NCBI RefSeq assembly: GCF_024521635.1
Contig: NW_026250414.1
Location: forward strand, 868,001-932,000
Length of the DNA stretch: 64,000 nt
Origin: Tricharina praecox
Taxonomy: Eukaryota
Reading direction: 5' to 3'
The notes below the pieces were generated by a model, which searched no databases, had not been told where the DNA came from, and saw only the letters and a program-made list of their open reading frames with translations. A program made the position numbers and the translations under genes. Below, piece by piece: positions 26,241-37,697 of this stretch; the stretch's first letter is position 1; each line of letters begins with the position of its first letter.

Positions 26241-27122
26241 GAAAGAAGGACAAGATGATCCTTCTACGCCTGCTATGCGCTAACCAAAAATCAATGCAGC
26301 TGGTGACGACGAGCCTGACGGTGGGAAACCCGACTGGCTGGGGTGGTCAGTGGGGAAGACGGTAGCCATGACGGCGGCGGCATTGCGGATTCTGAATGCA
26401 TCGGGAAAAAAAATTCATTATTTACGTAGTTGGCTACGGGTATACGAATTGCTGCATTGAGTGCGTCGAGAGAAGCACAAAAAATACACAGAAATTGGTA
26501 GGATTTTGTGTTATTTATTGATTGCATGTGGCCTACCTAGATAATGGTAGTATCTACATCCCGTCCGCTCCCTCAACTCTTCTAGGCCTTGGCTCTTCCG
26601 GGGCCTTGCCTTGGTCCCTGGACTTTTCCGCGGCCTCGATATGTTCCCAAAACTCTTCCGCGCCCTCGCCCTTGACTAGCACGTTCTCTCAGCTCTTATG
26701 CACCCTTGATTAGGCCTCAACAATTCCGGGGCCTTAACCCTTCCGTTCCTTGACTCGTCCGTGCCGCCAACTCTTCCGCTCCTTCAACCCTTCCGTGTTG
26801 ATGCGAATGTGAATAGATTGATACTATGGAAAGGACAGTGTGTTATTTTTGTTTTTGTTTAATCATCATAGCATTCGACCTCACCAGATCATGGCTGTAT
26901 ACTCATCCAGTTCCACCCCACTGTCTCTGACTGCTGGCCGCAAGCTCGATGTGGGTTCCCTATTGATCTCCGCCCTGCCCATCCGCAAATAGAAGGAAAA
27001 ACGGAAAGAAAGAAGAACAATGAGATAACAAAATGGAAAGGAAAGGAAAAGCGTCAGTCTTTCTCAAAACCCCACATCAAAGCTCCCCTCTCCAATCAAT
27101 TCCTGCATCCGGTCTATTGTTA

Positions 27123-27255
27123 GAGAGGTGGGATGGCTGTGGAACTGGCCTACCTGTCGAACCCGCTCAGACGCCAACCAATCATCCATAAACTCCTCTC
27201 CTAGCGACTGAGCGGGCTCGACAGGTAGGCCAGTTCGATAGCCATCCCACCTCTC
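27123..27255. mobile_element. MITE-like element with ~48-bp TIRs flanked by TA
   Basis: 27121-27170 and 27208-27257 are inverted copies with 3 mismatches; TA on both sides. Confidence 0.75.
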
Positions 27256-27465
27256 TATATAGACAGTGAAAACTTAGATACCGACTAAACTAGGCTCTTG
27301 GTGCCGATTCCACATCTAGGATCTTGATGCCGAATCTACATCTAGGTTCTGCTATCCACCGCCGCTCCCGCCGCTCCACCGCCGATCACTCGGCCGCCTA
27401 CGGCGCCGCCGGAACCTCAACATCCCGTTCCACGACTCTTCCATGCCCCCACCTCTTCCGCTCCT

Positions 27466-28900
27466 TCAACCCTTCATGGGAGCTCGGCTGCACTGGATAG
27501 CCTCAGAAAATACGACACGCTGAAGAGAGGATGGAGTTCGCAGGGCGCAATGTAAGACTGCGACAAGAAACCGAGACATAACTTTGATCTCCTTTCCCTG
27601 CCAGTTCGAAACTTCCTCATACGCCTTCTGGGGTTGCGCCATATCGAGATATGGCGGTACTGATAGCCAAATGATGTTAAACAGTTCGAGACGTTTATGC
27701 TGCTTGAGGAAGTCCTGCAACCATCCGAGGAGGTGTTTCAACATCCCCGGTTGCATCGTGTGCAGCAAGTCGGGTTTCGGGAGGTGGTTAACCACGCAGT
27801 CGAGATCCCATAGCACATTGGGACCGTGATGGACGTTGTGACATGTGAGACATTCCCTTGACGCCCGGGTATCCGTATTGCTGAGCGTCGTGTAAAAGGC
27901 GTGGCCCCGACGTCCATGAAGTTTGACGGGATATTCACCCATTTCCTCGCGTGGGCATTCGCACTAGTAGCAATAGCCGTTGCTGATGTTGTGAAGGTCT
28001 CGATGCTCCGGATAGTCGGCAATCCAGGCGGCGGGCGATGCAACAGAGTGCCTGAAGTAGCCATCAGCGCATTGTGCGCAGGACATGTGGCGGTTCGCAT
28101 CAATTAGCGGCCGGAGGACGTGGTGTAAGATGTGTTGCTGTATCATCCGATTGTACTCCTTCTGGGTATTGTATTCGGCGATGCGGACATCGCGCATCTT
28201 AACCGGAATTGGGAGGAGAGCGACTAATAGGATACCGTGTTGGCTCGGTGCCATTCTGACGGTGGCGGGTAGGTTTCCGATCGTCATGTATACTGTCCAC
28301 GCTTTCTTATCACCGGAGAAGTTGGTTAGATGCGTCACATCAGACACAAATATCATCGGTACCATGGTATCGCCGGCGTCTAGAGAACTCTATGGGAATG
28401 ACAGCAAACTATACAAGCCTCTAAGATAGCAATTGAATAACTAAGAAGGGCTCGCACCTGTCGTTCCCACCACCAGTCTGCAGTGTACATCTCACTGTAG
28501 ACGCGGTTTCCGTCATCTTCAAACCGCTTCTCAGGAGCGTAGGAAAGATACTGCGTATAGGCTCGCTGTTGCAGAAGCCATTTCCCGCACTCGATAATGT
28601 CACGGTGCCAGAATTCGATCGGCTCTTTGGTATGCTGCGCATTCCAAACCATATTGTCCAACTGGCTTTCCCGACAGGAGCTAGCCCCGAGTCCGTCCTC
28701 CATTCGATCGAGCATCTGCCGTAGATGGTAATTGGACTTCAACGAAGCCTTTGTCTCATCCTTAATACCAACACTTTCCTTCAGCATCTTGTCGATAGTC
28801 TTCGTGCTTAGCTTTCCAGCTATCATCATCTCCGCAAAGTTGAACTCTTTACGTATTGTTGGAAGGTGTGGCGAATCACCTTGATACCAGCACTATACGG
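27466..28900 (-). mobile_element. Plavaka-type transposase pseudogene (intron-containing, premature stop, 3'-truncated)
   Basis: RVYSEMYTADWWWERQ-(intron)-SSLDAGDTMVPMIFVSDVTHLTNFSGDKKAWTVYMTIGNL..LLVALLP..CADGYFR..AWIADYPE..PDLLHTM are Plavaka transposase motifs; in-frame TAG at 27966-27964. Confidence 0.85.
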
Positions 28901-29311
28901 AGATGTGGGTGGTCAGCGGCGGCGCCGGCAGGAGTCGTCGGCAGGATATAAGAGTCGATAGATAGCCGTCAATGGAAGAGCAACTCTCATACAAAACATC
29001 AGATGTTCGAGTGAAACTATTTCCCGTGCCTTTCAACACGTATTGGAGTCCGTCGAGGTACATCCATCTAACGGGGGGATGTATGAGCAGGGAAGGCCAG
29101 TATTTGGGTACGTATGCGTTATGAGCTGTTGGAATATTTGGATAGAAGGGAAGAGATATTCATATTCGATACAGAAAGAAAAAAGAAGAACCTATTGTCC
29201 GCGGCGAAGACCCCTATTTAAGACTAAGGCGGCCGCCCAAGGTTGGCCGCCCATCAGAGTTGGCCGCCGCCGCGTACAGTTTTCCGAGAAACTGAGCAAA
29301 CAAAACCGTAA

Positions 29312-29872
29312 CCCTGTTTGGATGGCACAAAAACCGAGAAAAAAACTGAAACTGTGGGGCTCCGGCGATAAAACGGAAATTGATCTCTAGAGGTCTTTTC
29401 TTCACCTCCACTTAGTACCGCATTTTAACTTCAACCATGGACTCCCCTTCCGACGATGAGAATTTCACCAACCACCGCAATATATTCCCCCCTCAGCTGA
29501 TGAGACACATTGCACAGCTGGCTGGCGAAGCTGTATATACCACGAGTTCCGGAAAAATTCCGATCCGTACCTCTACTCTTTCCGGAAGACAATATGTCCA
29601 AGAGGTCCTTGCCTACGAAAACCCCCTAGTACTGGGCTGGTGTCTTCACCAAGGCACGGGGAAGAGAAAAAAGCGAGGCTACAATGTTACTATTAAAGTT
29701 CTGGTGAAGCCCATTATTCGAACTTTTGGCTGAATATACTGAAAACTGCCAAACACTCTGTTCACCTCAAGAGTTTCCGGAAACTGGAACTGAACAGTAT
29801 TCAGTGTTCCGGTGGGGATCTGGATTTGGCTCTAAAACTGGAACTGAAAACTAAGGCCATCCAAGCGGGCCC
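29312..29872 (+). mobile_element. Internally deleted PIF/Harbinger-like element
   Basis: Imperfect TIRs ccctgtttggatggc (29312) and gccatccaagcgggccc (29856-29872), each flanked by TAA; subterminal aaactg(g)aactg repeats; ORF 29437 contains PIRTSTLSGRQYVQEVL, resembling the N-terminus of fungal Harbinger transposases. Confidence 0.65.
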
Positions 29873-30686
29873 TAAGGTTGATATTGCCATCATTCATCTG
29901 AACTTTACGGTAGATAGGCACGTGGCCCACCCTTCAGTCGCTTAGCATAATCTTGCCCCTTTGCTTAGGACTAGAAGACATCTCCTTTCATCTGAAGGTT
30001 CGTCATTCTTTTACTTGAGCTTCTCGCTGTCGCTAGTTAGGACCGGCCCCACGGATTACCGTTCCAATCAAAAATTATCAATCGTAGAAGCTACTTGAAT
30101 TACTTGAGTATAGTAGCCTAATCCAACTCGTCCAGTACCGATCACTTCTACTTGGAACCGCGTCGAGCCACCGACGCAGGTTTTTCCGGTACCGAATGGG
30201 GGGGGGGGACACCGGACGAAAAGAAAGATCCGCTGCCACTACGTCCCATCAACACCATTACATAGCGCCCACTCGATACATCTGATTAGGGTACCGCTCC
30301 TAGGCACTCTACTGACATGATCGCTCCAACTACACCAGCAGAACCTCCTCGAACAAGTACAACCGTGAACAGTAACGCCTGGAGGCTGGCAGGAGCATGG
30401 CAAGACTTCACGGGTTCGCGATCCGTAGCAGCAGCATATGAATAAAACAGGGTACGTTATTCCATCTCAAATAGCCCTTTACTATACATCTTTAACATTG
30501 CACCTCCAGTCCACTTGCTCGAATAACCAAAAGACAGCCTTCTGCGCCTCCCCTACTACCCTCCACTACCCCAAGAAAGCCGTTGGATACCCGAAAAGAA
30601 AAGTTGGCGGTGAAGATCGATCGATTGTCGCGAAGGAAAGACAAAGGTGAAACTTGATCCGGCCGTACCGAGGATCCAGTGAGAAT

Positions 30687-30859
30687 CTAGCAGATGACGC
30701 ACATGTGGTCTAGTCACCGTCGTCAGTTACATCCATACGGTTATCCATGACCGCGAGAGGAAGGAAGGAGAGCAACTAACAGCCATCGCCGTAGTTCACG
30801 GGGGTGGTATCCTCCTCGGTCGCAGCGCCGGCGGAGACGATGTTGGTGATTGGCTGCAT
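30687..30859 (-). CDS. Putative a-factor-like (CaaX) lipopeptide pheromone precursor, 33 aa: MQPITNIVSAGAATEEDTTPVNYGDGYHMCVIC; exons 30859-30781 and 30709-30687
   Basis: ATG with A at -3; 71-nt intron GTTAGT..ACTGAC..TAG; spliced product ends CVIC-stop; N-terminus MQPIT and an N|Y junction as in S. cerevisiae Mfa2; HMG-box sites upstream. Confidence 0.8.
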
Positions 30860-31101
30860 ATTGACTGCGGTTGGATGGATAGCGACGAAGGTGTTGTTTG
30901 TGTGTGCTGATTGCTGGTGCTGAGAGAGGATTGCTGGCTGGATGAGAATCTGGAAAAAATTACGAAGATGGGCTCGTCCTTTATGCGAATCTCTCATTCA
31001 TCAGGACGATTCTTCACATCAGCCTTTCTGCTGGATGAAGCCCAACAGAGGACGGCCATTGTCGCGGTGCGGCGGGCTTGCGTGGTTGTGGTGGCGCTCT
31101 T

Positions 31102-31187
31102 ACGATTGTTCCTGAATGAATGCGCTGGCTAAGCGACATGAATCTCTGCGTTCAAATCGTGGCGGGAAAAAAAGAACAAAGAACAAT
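31102..31187 (-). promoter_or_regulatory. HMG-box binding sites (TR-box plus AACAAT elements) upstream of the pheromone-like gene
   Basis: GAACAAAGAA at 31174-31183 (reverse complement TTCTTTGTTC) overlapping AACAAT 31182-31187; ATTGTT at ~31105. Confidence 0.6.
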
Positions 31188-34100
31188 AGCAAGACTTTCC
31201 ACAAGCGATGTACGTGATGCAAGGGGACAATCTAGCGAGCGGTCAGCCATCAACAGACACTCGTAACGGAATCGCTGTGGACTCTTTCTCGTGGAGACTT
31301 GAGTAGAGAATGGGCTTGTTGGATTACATTGTCCCCTCGAGCGGAGAAATGGGCTTATTGTAGTACCCATTGTCCTCTCGAGATTGCAATTGTCCTCCCG
31401 AGAGGTCTAGATCTCCGAAACGTGTGCCTCAAGACCGGATATGGCTACAGGTGCCCTTGCCCGAACAGATCTGCTCGTTCGTCTTGTATTTTTTGGTTGT
31501 TGCCCGTTGGCGGGTCTATTGGTCTTACCTAAAGATTGGAGCATTGGTTCAACGAGGCTGGCAATAGAGTACCTACATAGCATGCACCTTCTACCGCCGT
31601 GCCGGAGATGGAGTCACCCACCCTCCTATCACATGGCGCCCACTCGATACATTTGAGAACCGCTATTGGACACTTGACCGACATGCTCGCTCCATCTACA
31701 CCAGCAGAACCTCCTGGAAAAATTACACTCGTGAATCGCAACCCCTGGCAGGAGCATCGCAGAATGTCACGAGTTCGGCCAGGATCACCAGAACTGCGTT
31801 CTTGTTTTTGGAGTGCCAACTGTGTCCGAACAGACGCAATTCCTTGAAATATCGCGGTTATTCCCTGAGTTTGAGAGTAGTTTTTCAGTAGCTTCTGGTT
31901 AGAAATCAGTCCAGTCACATGTTCCAGTGCCAATGCTGCCCCAAGTAAACCAGGTGAAGTGACTGAACTACCTAGCTTCGGACCGGTTCGTTGAACCAGT
32001 TAACATGCCCGGTCGGTCAGTTGCATACTTACCTAGTAGGGAGAGGGAGGTGTACCAGCACGTGATACCGGTACTGCTTGCAGGAACAGGCTTACTATCA
32101 CCATCCAAGAAATCACTCGGAGATGCCTACGTTCCAACTTGCCCGCCATGCTTTAGGAGTTCGCGTCTGGTATCTTCGAGCCCACCTATGCTGGACGATT
32201 GCTACTACTCCGGTGAACTCGAAGATCCAATAAAGAAACACAGTATATCAATTGGATGGCTCGGAGAAGAAACACTGACGATGATGATTGCGTTGTCAAC
32301 AACCATGGCAGCCCCGAAAAGTGCATACAGTACATACATGCGGGGGGTTTACTATAGCTATTTAGGGCTTTTAACTATACACTTTCGGATATCCGGAGGT
32401 TTCATTGTTTTGTTGACGGTCTCCGATAGACCGGATGACAGCGACCCTGGTCCTCGTCATCGGCCCCCGGCTTAATACAACTTCCCTATCGATATGGGAC
32501 CGGCAGGGGAAGCAGGGCCAAATAGTAAAAAGTTCGATATTCATCAATCTTGGGGTTATGCGCTTTCACTCTACTCCTCTACTCTTCACTCTAAACAACT
32601 CTTCACCATTTTAAGATATGCCTACGGTCAATGTTAATTTTTTACAGCGTCTTATGATATGAGTGATCTCTTCAACACCAGCCCGACCCTCGGTTATCTA
32701 CATCTATACCCTCTAATCTAATATATGTCAAGTTGATAGTGGATATGGGGGGCATATAGTGGTGATACTGGTAGATTGTAGCTATCGTGACTCGTGAGGC
32801 GGCTGCGAGGATGAGGCAGGAGGTAGAAAACCCCGATTTAAGCGCAAGATTCGAGCTTCTAACCGCAGTACGAACCTTGACAGAGGTTTTGCGGACGGCA
32901 GTGCAAATGGCGTAAAAGCGAGAATATCCTTTTGGAGAAGAACCTCTTGAGGCATATTTCTCGCCCGTTCTTGTCACCACTCCGTGCACTAAACTTCAGA
33001 GGATCACCGACTTTTCGCGCCGGGGCGCAGAGGGGTGCTACCATTTCCGCACAGCTTCTTGAACATCATCGGCTCAACTGTCGGCTTCCGCCGTCAGATC
33101 GTTCGAAGACTCTCCTCATGGCTCTCCGAGCAGCTTGCCGTACAGCTAGGTCGCCTTCCTCGGCCGTGCTCTCGATTTCCGGCTCCGGATCGTTCGCCGA
33201 ATCGTTCGAAAACTCTCCTGAGTTCTGATCACTTGCAGAACAGTCAATTTCCACACCGCTGTTTGGATCTAGGTACTCTCATTTCTAGCGTGTGATCAGA
33301 GGCTAACAATCTTTATCACTCGCCAAACGGCCAACTGGGCAGTGGACAATCGAGCCTTGCGGTTAGCATAACCACGAATGGGGTCGTGTTTTCTATCCAG
33401 AAGACGCAAGAAGCTCGCCGAGAAGGTTAATCCCCCGGCGGGACGCAGAGCCGGTTCCGTTCGAGAAGCACGCCATCCGGTGATACGGAGTACCTAGGTA
33501 TGACCCGATAGCCAGCTCACCCTCAAGACATACCACGATGTTGGAACAAAGAAGGTCCGTCAGTCAATGCACCGGATATTTAAGACGTCCAGCAGGAAAA
33601 ACGGGCATGAGCCCGGAGAAGTTCAGGGGCGCCTTCGCTGCCTGCACGTAGGCCTCAGCCCTGTATGGGGTCGAGTTGTGGTGGAATAATCTAGACCTAC
33701 AGGAGAGGGGAAGCGTTGAAGAATTCCGGGGACTGCAGTCAACCTGTGGGATCGAGATCTACCGCCGCCTGGCACATAATGGCATCCCCAGGAATGCGAT
33801 CGCAGACGGATGGTGGGGAAAACTAGCCGCCGGCGAACCCGATGGCCACAGTTTTTATCGGGTCGACCACGCAAAAAAGTACTCTACGGCAGCCGCAAAT
33901 CGGTAGCGGTACCGGCGTCCCTCGCCTGTCTCACACGTCGAATTACCGATAAACGTTAGCTAGAGGCTCGGTTGTGCGGGAGAGATGAGGCAACTTAACA
34001 ACAGGTAGATACCTAGGTACTCCGGAAAAAGGACAAACCGGGCCGTGATACAGACCAGCCATGTTAGACTTCCTGCGCAACACCGACGCTGGCGGGTTAG

Positions 34101-36361
34101 TCAAAATAGAAACGAGAGGGAGCCTGGAGGCGGCCAGTGAACCATCCGAAGCGATGTGTATAAACGAGGTTGGAGGGACCGAGACAAACAAGAGATGGAG
34201 GAGGCAATGCGCTTCTTAGGTAGGATTGTATCATACAACACATAGAGGAGAATTTTAAAGACGTGGTCGGACGATTGTTTGCGATTTCCTTGACACAATC
34301 TCTCTTAATGGCACTCCTTCTGGTAGGGCTTAGCAGGGGGTCGATAGAGTCTAGATATGTAGAGTAGAGTAGAGTATGAGGGGTAGACCCCCACGACATC
34401 AGGGGAGAAGGGCCGCACGGGCGCTGGGCTTCCTTGGTGAGATCTCTTTCTTGTAGCCTGGGGTGCCGCATTGAAGCCTGTCATTGGGCATATATGATAT
34501 ACTCACACGGCCGGAAAGACTTATCCCCCCCCTGTTATATCTGTGGCTGTGATTAGCTCACCGCAGTAATTGAACATCCTCAGCCACAGATCCAACAGGG
34601 GGGTGATAAGTCTTTCTGGCCATGTGAGTAGAGTACGGACAGGAAAGATAGGATCTACATAACATGGATACTGGCTCCCCTGTCCACGGAGCACAAGGGT
34701 ACAAGATAGAGTACACAGCAGGCAGGAGAGCTGGAAGGCTAGGGGACAAGGCCGAGTCTTCGGCGACAAGGCCGGGCGGTGCACAACAGTGGCACAGCAA
34801 GGCAAGATGGGATGATAGGAGGCCGCTCTTGTTCGGACGGCAACAAGAGAGAACATCACGGCGTCAAATGCCATAACTACTACCTAGCTTGCCGTATGGT
34901 GGATATTGAACACATCCCAAGCATCTGCTTGAACGGCAGAATAGATTGTTTGTGATGCCGGTGGGTTTGCCGTAGTAAAGACATGAATGATGAATTTACG
35001 GAAAGTTACTATACCTAGGCCTGTAGTCCGTGTGACCTGCCTACTATCTTATTTAGATGAGGAGTTGGATTGTGCCATGTTATTTCACGAGTCTTGGAGC
35101 ATTTTATAGTTGGCTGGAGACTTGGTTATAGTTGAACAGGCAATATCGGTTACGGGAGAGCAACATCGAGGGAACTGAACCCTAGTTACCACCGCATACT
35201 ATTAATAGGGACAACTTAGAAGTTAATTCCATCTATGATCCTATCCTAAAATCCCCTCCAAGAAGATTTGGGGAATCTGGGGGTTCCATGTCCCAATTGT
35301 GGGGTTTTGCCAGTTGCCGTTACATAGAGTACTTGGTAGGTGCGGCGGATTTGCGGTCGACGATCGAGGTTTTGGAGTTCCGGGCGGCGGGCGGGCGCAG
35401 GTCGCAACGACAACAACTACAACTACAACAATGCCATTGTTTTCGGCGATCCTTGAAACCGATCTGATGATTTGTGCAATTATGCAACGGCCTGAGGAGT
35501 GAGGACAGAGCATAAAAAGCATGGTGCAAAGGCCGTGCGTGCGTCCAATGCCAAGAAAATACAGACACGCTGATTGGTTAGGACAATATACGGTCTCACA
35601 AGCAGAATAAACTTGAAGCTGGAACCCCACAGTATCGTGGTGGTTCCTACAGATGTTTGTGGGACGAAAGTACTGCCGAAACGTCATACGAAAGGATCGG
35701 CTGTAACTAATGATATAGTATGCGTGCTCTTTAGATTTTAGAGACCACGTGGACTCATCACGTCGTCGCAAGGGACGGACGGACGGTTATAACAAACTTT
35801 GGTAAACCCCCCGAAAGCCCCACAGCCTCCCTTTCTTTCCGTGCGTGCATCGGACGAAAAAAAGTAACCCACCCAACACTCCCCAAAACTTCGATATTGC
35901 ATCCAGAAGCGGGCTACGGCCGAGGCGATGGACATGGATGTTGCCCGTGTGCTATATCTTAATTTTGCTGCGACGATCATACAAACATAGTGGCCACTGT
36001 CCGCGCAGGTTGCAATAACTATGGTGCCAGGTCCGGGATTGCGCCCCCGTTTCATCGTTTCATCGGCGCCCGTAGCCTTTTGCGGGGTGGAGGAACGAGC
36101 ATCTTCATCTCCAACTCCTGGGTTGCAGGTGTTTGCATCTTGGCGAGCACTGGCACTGCAGACTTCATCAACACTGTACAATGGGATAAAGAGTGTGAGA
36201 ACCCCACCCCGCCGCCGGTTCGAGGTGCTCCACCAACTACGCAGTTCTCAATTGCGCACTTTCATTCTTTTACAGCTTCGTACTCGTCCTCTTTCTTACC
36301 AACTACTGACACTCTTTGTAACTTTTTTCTATCCTTACTAGCTTGCTTGCTTCACCTCACC

Positions 36362-37558
36362 ATGGTCTCGATCCGCTCCCTCCTGGCCATTGCCCTCGCC
36401 GCCGCCGCAGCGCAGGTCTATGCGTCGCCCATCGCCCTGGCCGACCACACACATCTCTCGATTTTTGACTACGCCAGCCCGCCCTCTTCGCTCTCTTCGC
36501 CGCAAGGCTCCGGAGGAGGGTGCAGCGAGATCCTTCAACGGCGTGCCTGGTGCGCAACCCTCTCCCCGAGTGACACCTTATGCCCCTCCCTAACACCCCA
36601 TATGTAGGCAATCCCTGAGCGCCTCAGAGAAGCGGGCGTACCTCGACGCGGAGCTATGTCTGATGTGGCAGATCCCGGCGCAATCGGGACTCGCAGCGAC
36701 CGTCAGCCGCTACGACGACCTAATCAAAGCGCACCAGCTACAGTCCGGCGTCGTCCACGGCGACGGCTGGTTCCTCCCGTTTCATCGCCTGCATATGTAT
36801 GCGCATGAAAAGCTGCTGCGTGAGGAATGTGGATACGAAGGCGCACAGCCGTATTGGGATGAGGAGGCGGATGCCGGGAGGTTTACACAGGCGGAGATTT
36901 TTGATACTGAGTTGGGCTTTGGCGGCACGGGCAGAGTGGGTGATCGCTGTATCACCGATGGGCCGTTTGCGAATTACACTGTTTGTCCCCCTCCCCCACC
37001 TCGCCCCACCACCTTCCCCGTGGATCTAACCGTGGGAAACAGCTCCACACCGGCCCCGGCTACCAAAACACCGATCACTGCATAACACGCACGATCAGCG
37101 ACCTCGAAAGCCGCAACAGCGCAACCCAATTCGTCGAGGAGTGCCTGGCACTCCCCACCTTCGCCCGCGCCTGGCCGTGTATCGAGTCACGCCCGCACGC
37201 TGGCGGCCATGCCGGCGTCGGCGGGGAGATGATGAACCCCATTTCCAGTCCCGGCGGTACTTTACCCCTCCTTTACCCCCACCCCCCCTCTTTCTCCCGA
37301 CCCAGCTGACAAACAAGAGTAGACCCACTATTCTACCTCCACCACACGTTCCTGGACCGCGTCTGGTGGCGCTGGCAGGAGCGGGACCTGCCGGCGCGGC
37401 TCGAGGATATTGCGGGGTACACGACGCAGACAAGACCCCGCAGTGGGTGGGTCAATGCTACGCTCGACGATGAGCTTAATATGTATGGCATCATTCCGAA
37501 TGCCACCGTGAGGGAGGTTATGGACATCAAAGGGGGGTTGTGTTTTGAATATGTCTAG
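36362..37558 (+). CDS. Secreted short tyrosinase/catechol-oxidase-like di-copper protein; introns 36550-36607, 36981-37042, 37257-37322
   Basis: Signal peptide MVSIRSLLAIALAAAAAQVYA; CuA AHQLQSGVVH..FLPFHR, PYWD, CuB PHAGGH..SSPG-DPLFYLHH; ends CFEYV with no C-terminal shielding domain. Confidence 0.92.
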
Positions 37559-37697
37559 GGGAAGAGAAGGTGGGGAGAGGGGGGTATGGGAAGGGGGGAG
37601 GGGGAAGGGAGAGGGGGAGGGGATATGGGATGGATATGGGACGGATATGGGATGGATATGGGACGGATATGGGATGGATATGGGACGGATATGGGAC
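37558..37697. repeat. G-rich tract and 11-bp minisatellite (ggatatggga(c/t))n directly after the tyrosinase stop
   Basis: About seven copies at 37621-37697, preceded by multiple G runs. Confidence 0.85.

Larger units (their letters stand above)
30261..31790. repeat. Diverged ~160-bp direct repeats (30261-30425 and 31632-31790) flanking the pheromone-like gene
   Basis: Shared cat.gcgcccactcgatacat..gacatg.tcgctcca.ctacaccagcagaacctcct..ctggcaggagcat. Confidence 0.75.

Noticed and set aside
26794-29040. 8-bp inverted repeat cgtgttga/tcaacacg as possible Plavaka termini
   Set aside because: Too short and no target-site duplication
30648-30675. aacttgatccggccgtaccg resembling the 3' half of a TPP riboswitch
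   Set aside because: No upstream CTGAGA motif and no thiamine-related gene context
30776-30997. 73-aa ORF-track call starting at 30997
   Set aside because: Unspliced over-extension; the ATG at 30859 plus the intron gives the CaaX peptide
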